Positions 54,217 through 62,260 of a DNA stretch of 64,000 bases are shown here, piece after piece. A program made the position numbers and the translations under genes. The stretch spans positions 2,301,915 through 2,365,914 of the forward strand of contig OY969700.1 in assembly GCA_963702035.1 (NCBI GenBank). Reading direction: 5' to 3'. How positions within the stretch are numbered: the first letter of the stretch is position 1; every line of letters begins with the position of its first letter. A model generated the notes under the pieces. It did not search any database, had not been told where the DNA came from, and was given only the letters and a program-made list of their open reading frames with translations. This DNA comes from an uncultured Solirubrobacterales bacterium (GTDB lineage Bacteria; Actinomycetota; Thermoleophilia; Solirubrobacterales; 70-9).

Positions 54217-55827
54217 ATGGATCACGGGGGGCGGATAGTGGCTCGGGCGCTGAAGTCGCGCGGCGTCAGCCATCTCTTCACGTTGTCTGGCGGGCACCTG
54301 TTCTCTATATACGACGGCTGCAAAGCCGAGGGGATCGAGATTGTCGATGTGCGGCATGAGCAATCGGCGGTGTTTGCCGCTGAGGGATTTGCCAAGGCGA
54401 CTCGGCGGGTCGGGGTCGCGGCGTTGACCGCCGGCCCGGGGGTGACCAACGGGATCAGCGCGATCGCCGGCGCCCAGGCCAACTGCTCACCGGTCTGCGT
54501 GCTGGGCGGACGGGCGCCGGAGCTGCGCTGGGGCTCGGGCTCGCTGCAGGAGATCGACCACCTGCCCTTCGTCTCGCCGCTGGTCAAGTCGGCGGAGACC
54601 GTCAAGGAGACGGGCGCGATCGGGGCGCGGACGGCAGCGGCGCTCGATCTGGCGCTCGACCCGCCGTTCGGGCCGACCTTCGTCGACTATCCGCTCGACG
54701 TCGTCTTCAGCGAGGCGGACGAGGAGATCGTGGCTCCCGGAGGCGACGGCGCCCAGGCGGCTGCCGGAGTGGAGGAGGCGGCGGCCTTACTGGCGGGTGC
54801 CGAGCGGCCGGCGATCATGGCCGGCAGCGGCCTCTACTGGGGCCATGGCGAGGTCGAGCTGCGCTCGCTCGCCGAGGCGCTCGGCATTCCGGTCTTCCTC
54901 AATGGGCTCGGCCGCGGTTGCCTCGCCGCCGACCACGAGCTGGCCTTCAGCCGGGCACGGGGCGCCGGGCTGAAGGGGGCCGACGTTGCCCTGGTTGTCG
55001 GCGTGCCGATCGATTTCAGGCTCGGCTTCGGCGGCAGCTTCGGCGAGGAGACGAAGCTGATCCGGCTCGACGCCGCCCCCAACGCGCTCACCGCCAACCG
55101 GACGCCCGAGGTCGACCTGGTCGGCGACGTCTCCGCGACGCTGGCGGCGATCCGCGAGTCGGTCTCGGCCGGGCGGGGGCGCACGGATGGCTGGCTCGAG
55201 CAGCTGCGCGGGGTGGAGGCCGAGAAGCGGGCGGCCGAGCAAGAGGAGCTGAATAACGACCGCTCGCCCCTGCACCCGGTTCGTGTATACAAGGAGCTGG
55301 GGGAGGTTCTCGACCGCGACGCGATCGTGATCGGCGACGGCGGCGACTTCGTCTCCTATGCGGGTCGCTTCATCGAGACCTTCGAGCCGGGCTGCTGGAT
55401 GGACCCAGGGCCGTTCGGTTGCCTTGGCGCCGGACCCGGCCAGGCGATCGGCGCCAAGCTCGCTCACCCCGACCGGCAGGTCTGTCTGCTGCTCGGCGAC
55501 GGGGCCTTCGGCTTCGCGGGCATGGAGTTCGACACTTTGGCGCGTCACGGCCTCCCAGTGGTCGGCGTGATGGGCAACAACGGCATCTGGGCGCTTGAGC
55601 ATCACCCGATGAAATTCCTCTACGGCTACTCGGTCGCGGCCGAGCTGAGACCGGAAACGCCCTACGAGAAAGTGGTCGAGGCACTGGGCTGCGACGGGGT
55701 CGTCGTCAACGATCCCGGGCAGCTGCGACCGGCGCTGGAGCGTGCCTTCGAGTCGGGCAGGCCGACCCTGGTCAACGTAAACACCGACCCCGAGGTCGTC
55801 TACCCGCGCAAGTCGAATCTGGCTTGA
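54217..55827 (+). CDS. Thiamine-diphosphate-dependent enzyme (acetolactate synthase large subunit / oxalyl-CoA decarboxylase-like)
   Basis: VRHEQSAVFAAEGFAK...LTAGPGVTNG...LLGDGAFGFAGMEFDT. Confidence 0.85.
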   Translation: MDHGGRIVARALKSRGVSHLFTLSGGHLFSIYDGCKAEGIEIVDVRHEQSAVFAAEGFAKATRRVGVAALTAGPGVTNGISAIAGAQANCSPVCVLGGRAPELRWGSGSLQEIDHLPFVSPLVKSAETVKETGAIGARTAAALDLALDPPFGPTFVDYPLDVVFSEADEEIVAPGGDGAQAAAGVEEAAALLAGAERPAIMAGSGLYWGHGEVELRSLAEALGIPVFLNGLGRGCLAADHELAFSRARGAGLKGADVALVVGVPIDFRLGFGGSFGEETKLIRLDAAPNALTANRTPEVDLVGDVSATLAAIRESVSAGRGRTDGWLEQLRGVEAEKRAAEQEELNNDRSPLHPVRVYKELGEVLDRDAIVIGDGGDFVSYAGRFIETFEPGCWMDPGPFGCLGAGPGQAIGAKLAHPDRQVCLLLGDGAFGFAGMEFDTLARHGLPVVGVMGNNGIWALEHHPMKFLYGYSVAAELRPETPYEKVVEALGCDGVVVNDPGQLRPALERAFESGRPTLVNVNTDPEVVYPRKSNLA

Positions 55828-55839
55828 GAGAGCCAAAAG

Positions 55840-55855
55840 CTGGCTGGCTGGCCAG
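55840..55855. repeat. 16-mer motif CTGGCTGGCTGGCCAG, 13 nt after a stop codon
   Basis: See 51328-51343. Confidence 0.6.
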
Positions 55856-55913
55856 ATTGGCGGACGGTCCCAAAACAAGAATCGACCGCCATCTCTGGCG
55901 GCCGATTCAAGTT

Positions 55914-55962
55914 GGTCCCTCAGGACGGGCAGGGGTACGTCTTCAGGGACCAGTTCTTTATT
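55914..55962 (+). terminator. Possible intrinsic terminator of the ThDP-enzyme gene
   Basis: GGTCCCTCAGGA-14 nt-TCTTCAGGGACC (11 of 12 positions pair, counting one G-U) followed by AGTTCTTTATT. Confidence 0.4.
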
Positions 55963-56246
55963 CGATGAGCCCAGACGGCGGGAGGCGCCATGATGCGGCA
56001 ATCGCCTGAACCCTATGACGGGGTTGTCAGTGGAGACTCTCGTCCTCACCTCTTCCCCGATGTGACGAGTATGTGCTCGCCTATCCGAAATGTCTAGGTG
56101 CATGGTTTGCCCCTACTAACAACTCGGTAGCCGGACTCTACCAAGTTTTTGGGGTTAGGTCGACACGTTTACCCATCTGGACGGGTCCCGAAAACTCACC
56201 TGTACACCGGGTCCCACGAGTTTTACCCACGAGCGTTCATCGCTGG

Positions 56247-57182
56247 CTACCCGTGTTGGGAGGCGGTCTCGAGCGCCATCCCGTAGAGGATGTCGTGCTC
56301 GGAGGCCTGGATCTGGTCGAGGCCGAAGGCACGCATCGCCTCGATCAGGATCACGCAGCCGGCGATGATCGTCGGCGCCCGGTCGGGGTGGAGACCGGGG
56401 ATCGCGGCTCGCTCCGACAGGGGTGCTGAGGCGAACCGCGAGAGCAGACGCTGGATCGTGACCAGGGAGAGGACGTGGCCGTGGACGCGAGCCGGGTCGT
56501 AGGGCTCGAGGCCGAGCTCGGCCGCGGAGAGCGAGGTGGGGGTGCCGGCGACGGCGATGCCGGCCGCGACGTGAGCATTGTCCTCCGCGCCGGCCAGGGC
56601 GTCGGCGATCAGGCCTCGAGCGTCGCCGGCGAGTTCCTCGAGCTCGACCGCCGTGGGGGGGTCGCCGGAGATGTGGCGCTCGGTATGGCGGACGACACCG
56701 GCCTGAAGCGAGGCGTGGAAGGCGATCTCAGCGCCGGTGCCGACGATCATCTCGGTCGAGCCGCCGCCGATGTCGATCACCAGTGTCGGGACCGAGGGAG
56801 GCCGTTCCGCGGTGGCGCCACGGTAGGTGAGGCGGGCCTCCTCCTCGCCGTCGAGGACGCGGGGCGAGAGGGCGAAGCGCTCGCGCAGCTCGGCGACGAA
56901 GGCGTCGCCGTTGGAGGCGTCGCGCACGGCGCTGGTGGCAATCGCGGCGACCCGGTCCCCGCCGGACTCGCGGCAGATCTCGACGTAGTCGGCGATCGCC
57001 GCACAGGCCGCCTCGATCGCCTCGTCGGCCAGCTGCCCGGATAGGTCGACCCCGCGCCCCAGTCGGGTAACGCGACTCTGCCGTTCGAGCACCGAGACGC
57101 CACCGTCGACGTCGGCAATGAGCAGGCGCGTCGAGTTGCTGCCGACATCGATCACCGCAACCCGTTGAGAATTCTCAGCCAT
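56247..57182 (-). CDS. Ppx/GppA family exopolyphosphatase
   Basis: VAVIDVGSNSTRLLIADV...ATSAVRDASNG...VIDIGGGSTE. Confidence 0.9.
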   Translation of the reverse strand: MAENSQRVAVIDVGSNSTRLLIADVDGGVSVLERQSRVTRLGRGVDLSGQLADEAIEAACAAIADYVEICRESGGDRVAAIATSAVRDASNGDAFVAELRERFALSPRVLDGEEEARLTYRGATAERPPSVPTLVIDIGGGSTEMIVGTGAEIAFHASLQAGVVRHTERHISGDPPTAVELEELAGDARGLIADALAGAEDNAHVAAGIAVAGTPTSLSAAELGLEPYDPARVHGHVLSLVTIQRLLSRFASAPLSERAAIPGLHPDRAPTIIAGCVILIEAMRAFGLDQIQASEHDILYGMALETASQHG

Positions 57183-57311
57183 GTGGGTCGGCCACTCTAG
57201 AGAGAGTGGCGCCGGGCCTCCGTCCCGCCAACCACCCCACGCAAGGCGCGATGCGACCCGGCCCGCGGACCTAGGCCCACCACCCCACCATTGCTAGCAT
57301 GGACAAACCGC

Positions 57312-57385
<74 letters not shown>

Positions 57386-57462
57386 TTTCAGAGGTCTTCA
57401 CCTTTGACCTCCACTCATCTTCACGTTTCAACCGGACGCACCGCGCTTCGCGGTGGTGTCCG

Positions 57463-57554
57463 ACGGCCATCGGCTCTCCCCAGGGGCGGCCATTGGACTT
57501 CCCCGCCCGCGGCCACCGTTTCTCCCCACCGACGGCCATCGGTTCTCCCCACGT
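57463..57554 (+). repeat. Four tandem 23-bp direct repeats (RCGGCCAYYGNNYTYCCCCR) inside the left end of the element
   Basis: Units start at 57463, 57486, 57509 and 57532. No spacers between them. Confidence 0.8.
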
Positions 57555-57586
57555 GACCCCTCGGTGACCGCTTCGGCAAGGGTAGG

Positions 57587-59092
57587 TCAGGGCGGCCCGT
57601 TTGCCGCGCCGATCAGCTCGCCCGCGCTCTTCCGGCGGCGCTTGCGCCGCCTGGGTGGCAGCCCCTCGGCGGCCCGCCGCTCCTCCTCGGCCTCTCGCGC
57701 GGCGAAGGCATCGGCGACGCGCAGGTTGCGGGCGACGAAGACGCCGGCGGCAAACAGCGCGATCGGTGCCAGGCCCGCCAGCCGGCACCAGCCGCGGGAG
57801 ATGTCGTTTGTGGCCGGGTCCTTGACCGTCGCGTAGGCGCGCTCGGCGGCCGAGCGCCGCGCGTAGGAGCGACGGTGCTCCGGCGAGGGGTAGTCGTGCT
57901 TCTGCGCGGTCTTCGCGTTGACCGACGGGGGTACCGTGATCGTGCGCTGGGAGCAGCAGGTGGGCGGGTGCTCGGGCGGGTCTGCCACTTCGGGACGGGT
58001 GTGCTCGAGCGCCATCGACTCGGGGCGCAGGGGGCAGCGCAGCTTGCCTTGGGCGGCGGGACAGCCGACGCGGTGGTAGCCGTCTGCGTCATAGCCGGCG
58101 ATCGGCGCGAGCCGGTGGCGGCGGAGCTCGGCCGCCTTGGTGTCGTGGGCGACCGTCTCGGCCTCGCTGGCGCCGCGGTGAAGCGGCCCCAGCTCCAGCA
58201 GCGCGGCCGGGGTGGCCGGGCAGTAGAGCGCGCCGCCCGCGAGGGTCGCCCCCATGTGGGTCCCCTTGCGCCCGCGGTCGTGGGGGTGGAGGTCCTGAAT
58301 GAGGCGGGCGCCGAGGCGGCGGACGGGCAGCGCCCACGTCTCCGCCACCCGGTGGGCGTAGCCCGAGTCGGCGAGGACGTCGCCGAGCTCGATCCCGGCG
58401 GCGGCCATCCGCCCCAGCACCCCCACCAGCGCCGCGGGCGGGTCGGCCTTGCAGCTCGTGAGCCCGATGCGGCGCACCAGCTCCGCCACCGTGGGACCGC
58501 GCTCCTCCTTGACGGCCGTGACGACCTGCAGGTAGTAGCCGAAGAAGACCTCGTCACGCTCGCCGGGCGAGTTGCCGCGCCGGTGTCCCCAGGAGGCCTC
58601 CGGGTCCGCGCAGTCCCCGCCGCCCTTCGGCGGTGGACAGGAGAACGTCTCCAGATCTGTCCAGTCCACGGCATAGGAGTTCGAGGCCGGCTCCCCGCAG
58701 ACCTCGACGCTCGCCTCCAACAGGGCGTCGAGGATCTCCGAGAGCGCCTCGCAGGGCTCCCCGTCGGGCTCGGCCTTGGCCAGCGCCCTCGCCACGAGCC
58801 CGAGGGTCCGCTCCACCTGGCGGTAGGTGAGCACGTGGGGGCCCGACTTCCACTCGGCGATCACGCCGAGCCGCCTCTGGTCGGCCTCGGGCAGGCAGAG
58901 CAGCGCCTCGTGCACCCGGCTCAGGTGCGCGGGGCGCCCGTCGGCGGCGACCAGGAGCATCCCCACCAGCAGCGTGCGCACCCGAAGCTGGCGCCGCCGC
59001 GCCCCCGCCGGCAGCAGGGCCTCGATGCGCGGGGCGACGCCCGCGCGGTCGACGATCGCCTCAAGGCGCCGAAGCTTCGTCTCAGCCTGCAC
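57587..59092 (-). CDS. DDE transposase with an IS4-type Y-(2)-R-(3)-E-(6)-K signature
   Basis: From GTG 59092 (which overlaps the upstream stop): AVDWTDLETF, VLADSGYA, and SYARRSAAERAYATVK, which fits YREK spacing exactly. Confidence 0.75.
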   Translation of the reverse strand: MQAETKLRRLEAIVDRAGVAPRIEALLPAGARRRQLRVRTLLVGMLLVAADGRPAHLSRVHEALLCLPEADQRRLGVIAEWKSGPHVLTYRQVERTLGLVARALAKAEPDGEPCEALSEILDALLEASVEVCGEPASNSYAVDWTDLETFSCPPPKGGGDCADPEASWGHRRGNSPGERDEVFFGYYLQVVTAVKEERGPTVAELVRRIGLTSCKADPPAALVGVLGRMAAAGIELGDVLADSGYAHRVAETWALPVRRLGARLIQDLHPHDRGRKGTHMGATLAGGALYCPATPAALLELGPLHRGASEAETVAHDTKAAELRRHRLAPIAGYDADGYHRVGCPAAQGKLRCPLRPESMALEHTRPEVADPPEHPPTCCSQRTITVPPSVNAKTAQKHDYPSPEHRRSYARRSAAERAYATVKDPATNDISRGWCRLAGLAPIALFAAGVFVARNLRVADAFAAREAEEERRAAEGLPPRRRKRRRKSAGELIGAANGPP

Positions 59093-59992
59093 GGCCTCCT
59101 CCGAGCAATGCGACGGCCGTCTCCTCCTCCACCTCCGGGAGCCCGGCCACCAGATCGCCGAGCCGCTGCGAACAGCGCAACCCGGCCGCGTCCATGAACG
59201 CCCGCAGGCCGATCGACTCCGCGCACCCGCAAAGCCAGGTCGCCCGCAGCCGCCCCGGCTCAAGGCGCGCCAGCCCGGCGTCCGCGCACAGCGCCGCCCC
59301 CAGCGCGGCGCTGAGGTTGCGCCGGTCGGCCTCCCGCCCCCCGAGCAGGAACCCCCGCCCGGCGAAGCGGGCGGCCTCCTCAAGGGGGGGCTGGAAGCGG
59401 GCCGCCACCGGCACCGCCCGCGCCCTGCGCCCCCAGACACTGACCACCAGTCCGCCCGAGCGCCGCTTGACGTCATGCCCGCGCAGGTGGCGCAGCTCGG
59501 CGCCGACCAGGCCCGCCCCCGCCCCAGGCAGATCAGCGCCGTGGCGCGCATCCGCCGCGCCTCGGTGGGCTGGGCGGCGGCGAGGCGCAGGTAGCCCTCG
59601 ATCTCTCCCTCCCCATAGGGGGCCTTGGCGCGCTCGCGGGGCAGCGGCGCCGGCTCGGGCCGCGGAGCCGCCCGATGGGCGCGGGCGAGCGCCCGCAGGT
59701 TGGTCCTCAGCGTGCGCCGCGTCGCCGCCGAGACCGCCGCGCAGCCGGTGAGGACGAAGCGCTCGATCGTCGCCTCTGCCAGCAGCGTCTCGGCGCAGAG
59801 CTCCATCCCCACCGACTCGCCGAAGGCGGCCAGCCGCCCGGCGGCGTAGAGCAGGGCCTTGGCCCTCTCGCGCGTGCGCGGCGCGGCCCGCGCCGCCGCG
59901 GAGCGGGCGAAGCCCGCCGCCTCGGGGGAGAGGGAGGCGGGGGCGTAGGCGCGGATCGCCGCCGCCGCGAGGTCAGCCGCTCGGGGACCCAT
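59082..59992 (-). pseudogene. Tyrosine-recombinase-like (phage-integrase-fold) ORF interrupted by a 1-nt frameshift in a G run near 59508-59513
   Basis: Frame A reads MGPRAADL...RMRATALICLG. Frame B continues AGAGLVGAELRHLRGHDVKRRSGGLVVSVWGRRARAVPV...RLRATWL. The join needs one extra G in CTGGGGCGGGGG. Confidence 0.55.
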
Positions 59993-59996
59993 GGTA

Positions 59997-60020
59997 TCCG
60001 ACAGTAGCGCTACTATCGGA
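59997..60020. promoter_or_regulatory. 24-bp palindrome in the 56-bp divergent promoter gap (candidate operator)
   Basis: TCCGACAGTAGC|GCTACTATCGGA; 11 of 12 positions are symmetric. Confidence 0.5.
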
Positions 60021-60048
60021 CAGACCGACGTAGGATCGCGAGTCACCC

Positions 60049-60372
60049 ATGAACGAGACCGCCGAGACCCGCCTGCGCGAGCTCACCGCCGAGCTCGCCG
60101 AGATCGGCTTCGCCCTGCCGGGGACGATCAACGTGGCGATGAATCGCTGCGGCAAGCCCAACTGCGCCTGCAAGGCCGACCCGCCCAAGCTGCACGGCCC
60201 CTACGTCACCTGGACGCGCAAGGTCGGGGGCAAGACCGTCACCCGCCGCCTCTCGGCCGAGCAGTTGGAGCGCTACCGGCCCTGGTTCGATAACCGCCGC
60301 CGGCTGCGCGAGCTCACCGCAGAGCTCGAGGCGCTCTCGCTCGAGGTCGCCGAGCGAGCCGAGGGCTGGTAG
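60049..60372 (+). CDS. DUF6788-family protein
   Basis: 107 aa: CGKPNCACKADPPKLHGPYVTWTRKVGGKTVTRRL. Confidence 0.65.
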   Translation: MNETAETRLRELTAELAEIGFALPGTINVAMNRCGKPNCACKADPPKLHGPYVTWTRKVGGKTVTRRLSAEQLERYRPWFDNRRRLRELTAELEALSLEVAERAEGW

Positions 60373-60489
60373 CCCGCTGAATCGGGCGCCGGAGCCGATC
60401 GGCGCCGGCGCTGAGCACCCGGTCGGTGTGGTCTCGCGCCGCTTAACGTGTGATCGCTGCGAAAGCGGTCCACGCGAAACCGCATCAGC

Positions 60490-61335
60490 ATGCGGTTGAT
60501 CGCAAACGTGAAGACCTCGTATCACGAAAGCCCTGCAGATCGCGGGGTTTTCGTCTTTCTGGAGTGCAGACAGAAGGGTGCAAAATCGGCCCTGGGGCAA
60601 GCCCTGGGGCAAGGTGAGGTCAAGGGAGGTCGTTTTGGGCCTTGCCCAGCGAGCGCTGACCGCAGCCGTCGCTACGATCGAGAGCAGCGGAAACCGGAGT
60701 TTCGAAGGAAGGCTCTGACCAAGGCTCACGCGAGACAGAAGGCTCATCTCGGGGCAGACGATCTCAGGCTTGCACGCGCCATCTTCACGCTGCGCGAGAC
60801 CGCTGGCTATCTCGACGTTCCCAAGTCGAACATTCAGCGCTGGGCTCGGCCGCCGGAAGCCAAGCATCCGTTGATCACCTGCTTTCCGCCGCATGGCCGG
60901 GAGGCTGAGGTCCTCTTCGACTACGCGAACAAGCGTGGCGAGCGCGAGGTAATGGATCTGGTCGTCGTCCGTACCCAGCAGCGCCAATTCTCCGGGGTTG
61001 TGAATGACTATCTGAAGCGCATCCATTACGGAGGCGACGGCTGGGCGGACTCCGTGCGACTGCCGACTTACGGCAACGCGAAAGTGGTCGTCAACCCGAG
61101 GGTCGCATTTGGCCTCCCGATCGTCGCCCACGGCGGCGCTCGCGTAGAGGATCTCGTCGACCGCTTCCAAGCTGGCGACTCCGTCGCCGAGATCGCAATG
61201 GACTTCAGCGTCCCTCCCGATGAGGTCGAGGACGTGATCCGGCTCGCAACCCGGACGGCAGCCTGGGCCGAGGATGCTGCGCCATGTCTTTGTACGGCCC
61301 AGGGTTTTCTTGGTCCCGCCGGGAAAGCCGCGTAA
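60490..61335 (+). CDS. DUF433-type (antitoxin-like) protein. The native N-terminus is unclear and it is possibly a remnant.
   Basis: HTH-like IFTLRETAGYLDVPKSNIQRWAR and a C-terminal DUF433 segment (VVNPRVAFGLPIVAHGGARVEDLVDRFQAGDSVAEIA). The only in-frame start upstream of the HTH lies inside or next to IRR of the transposon. Confidence 0.45.
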   Translation: MRLIANVKTSYHESPADRGVFVFLECRQKGAKSALGQALGQGEVKGGRFGPCPASADRSRRYDREQRKPEFRRKALTKAHARQKAHLGADDLRLARAIFTLRETAGYLDVPKSNIQRWARPPEAKHPLITCFPPHGREAEVLFDYANKRGEREVMDLVVVRTQQRQFSGVVNDYLKRIHYGGDGWADSVRLPTYGNAKVVVNPRVAFGLPIVAHGGARVEDLVDRFQAGDSVAEIAMDFSVPPDEVEDVIRLATRTAAWAEDAAPCLCTAQGFLGPAGKAA

Positions 61336-61577
61336 GCTAGGAGAGCAAATGGCTGCCAAGTCCCACGAGTTTGAGGTCGTTCTCTTGCCCGAGGAGGGGG
61401 AGGGGCGTCCGCTGCCCCTGCCGGCGCAGATCGAGCGGATCACCGTCGCCGCGTGAGCGGGCGGCTTCCGTCGGTCCGTCCTCGACAGTTAGCGAAGCGC
61501 AGAATCCGAAGTGCTCTTGCCAATAGTCCTCGGTTGCGGCGTCGAAATCAGCGGGCCGATCGGACTTGCCCAGCCGT

Positions 61578-61961
61578 TCAGGCGCGGATCACGTCCACGT
61601 CCTCGAACGAGGAGAAGTCCGTGTCCTGGGTGAGCACCGCGGCTCCATGGCGCATCGCGGTTGCCGCAATCCAGGTGTCGTGGCGGCGGAGGCGTCGGCC
61701 GCGAGATCTCTCGGCCGATGCGATGCGCGCAAAGCAGCTCGCGGTCTCTGCGTCGATTGGAAGCAGGGGATACGTGGCCTGGACGCGCGAGAGGGTGGAG
61801 AGCCGCATGGCCCGTGCATCTGGGTCGGTGGCGCGCAACACGCCCAGCTCCAGCTCGGCGGCGGTGATCACCGAAACGGCGATCTGCTCGGGAAGCTCGC
61901 CAAGCTCGCGACCGGTCTCTTGGGCGATGAAGATCGAGGTGTCGGCGATTGCCCGACTCAA
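61578..61961 (-). CDS. vapC: PIN-domain toxin VapC
   Basis: IADTSIFIA...ITAAELELG...DTWIAATAMRHGAAVLTQDTDF. Confidence 0.85.
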   Translation of the reverse strand: MSRAIADTSIFIAQETGRELGELPEQIAVSVITAAELELGVLRATDPDARAMRLSTLSRVQATYPLLPIDAETASCFARIASAERSRGRRLRRHDTWIAATAMRHGAAVLTQDTDFSSFEDVDVIRA

Positions 61962-62212
61962 TCGTCGAGCTCGGCGCCGCGGACGTCGGCGAGATCGTCC
62001 AGCAGGCCGGTGTCGGCGGGCGCCTCGGTCACGATGCGGCGCAACTCACTGGCCGGGACCCAGGGATCGCGATCCTGGACGTGGGGAAGGATGTCGGCGA
62101 CCGGACGACGGTTGACCGTCAGCGTCAGTCGTTCGCCCGCTTCCAGCTCGGAGACAACGGCCGAGGTGGAATTCCTCAGCTCCCGGATCGAAACGGTGCG
62201 CGCCATGTGCAC
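61958..62212 (-). CDS. Phd/YefM-type antitoxin
   Basis: TVSIRELRNSTSAVVSELEAGERLTLTVNRRPVA. Overlaps vapC by 4 nt. Confidence 0.8.
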   Translation of the reverse strand: MHMARTVSIRELRNSTSAVVSELEAGERLTLTVNRRPVADILPHVQDRDPWVPASELRRIVTEAPADTGLLDDLADVRGAELDD

Positions 62213-62260
62213 GACCGTAGCACTCTCTGCTACAAAACTGCGATCTGGGGCAACGAATGG

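Larger units (their letters stand above)
57391..60518 (-). mobile_element. 3.1-kb transposon-like element bounded by 16-bp terminal inverted repeats
   Basis: IRL GAGGTCTTCACCTTTG (57391-57406) versus the reverse complement of IRR CAAACGTGAAGACCTC (60503-60518): 15/16. An extra subterminal copy TCTTCACGTTT lies at 57418-57428. Confidence 0.65.

Noticed and set aside
57463-57554. Possible CRISPR array.
   Set aside because: The four 23-bp units are contiguous with no spacers and are degenerate. No cas genes are present. No other spaced direct repeats were seen in the window.
57587-60046. Single 819-aa ORF.
   Set aside because: It is a composite. Its first ~165 aa belong to the recombinase-like gene, the middle ~130 aa are out-of-frame read-through, and the last 501 aa are the transposase, which has its own GTG start overlapping the other gene's stop.
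61349-61456. 35-codon ORF (MAAKSHEFEVVLLPEEGEGRPLPLPAQIERITVAA) after the DUF433 gene.
   Set aside because: It is too short and featureless to call, and is mentioned only as a possible remnant partner gene.
61553-61575. GGGCCGATCGGACTTGCCCAGCC resembles repeat unit 2 of the 23-bp array (about 18/22 by eye), which could mark an older element boundary.
   Set aside because: It is a single imperfect match lying outside the TIR-defined element, so it is not distinguishable from chance without more copies.
57386-62260. Classical tRNA-targeting integrative island with att repeats.
   Set aside because: I found no copy of the tRNA-fMet 3' end downstream. The only integrase-like gene is frameshifted and lies inside a TIR-bounded transposon.
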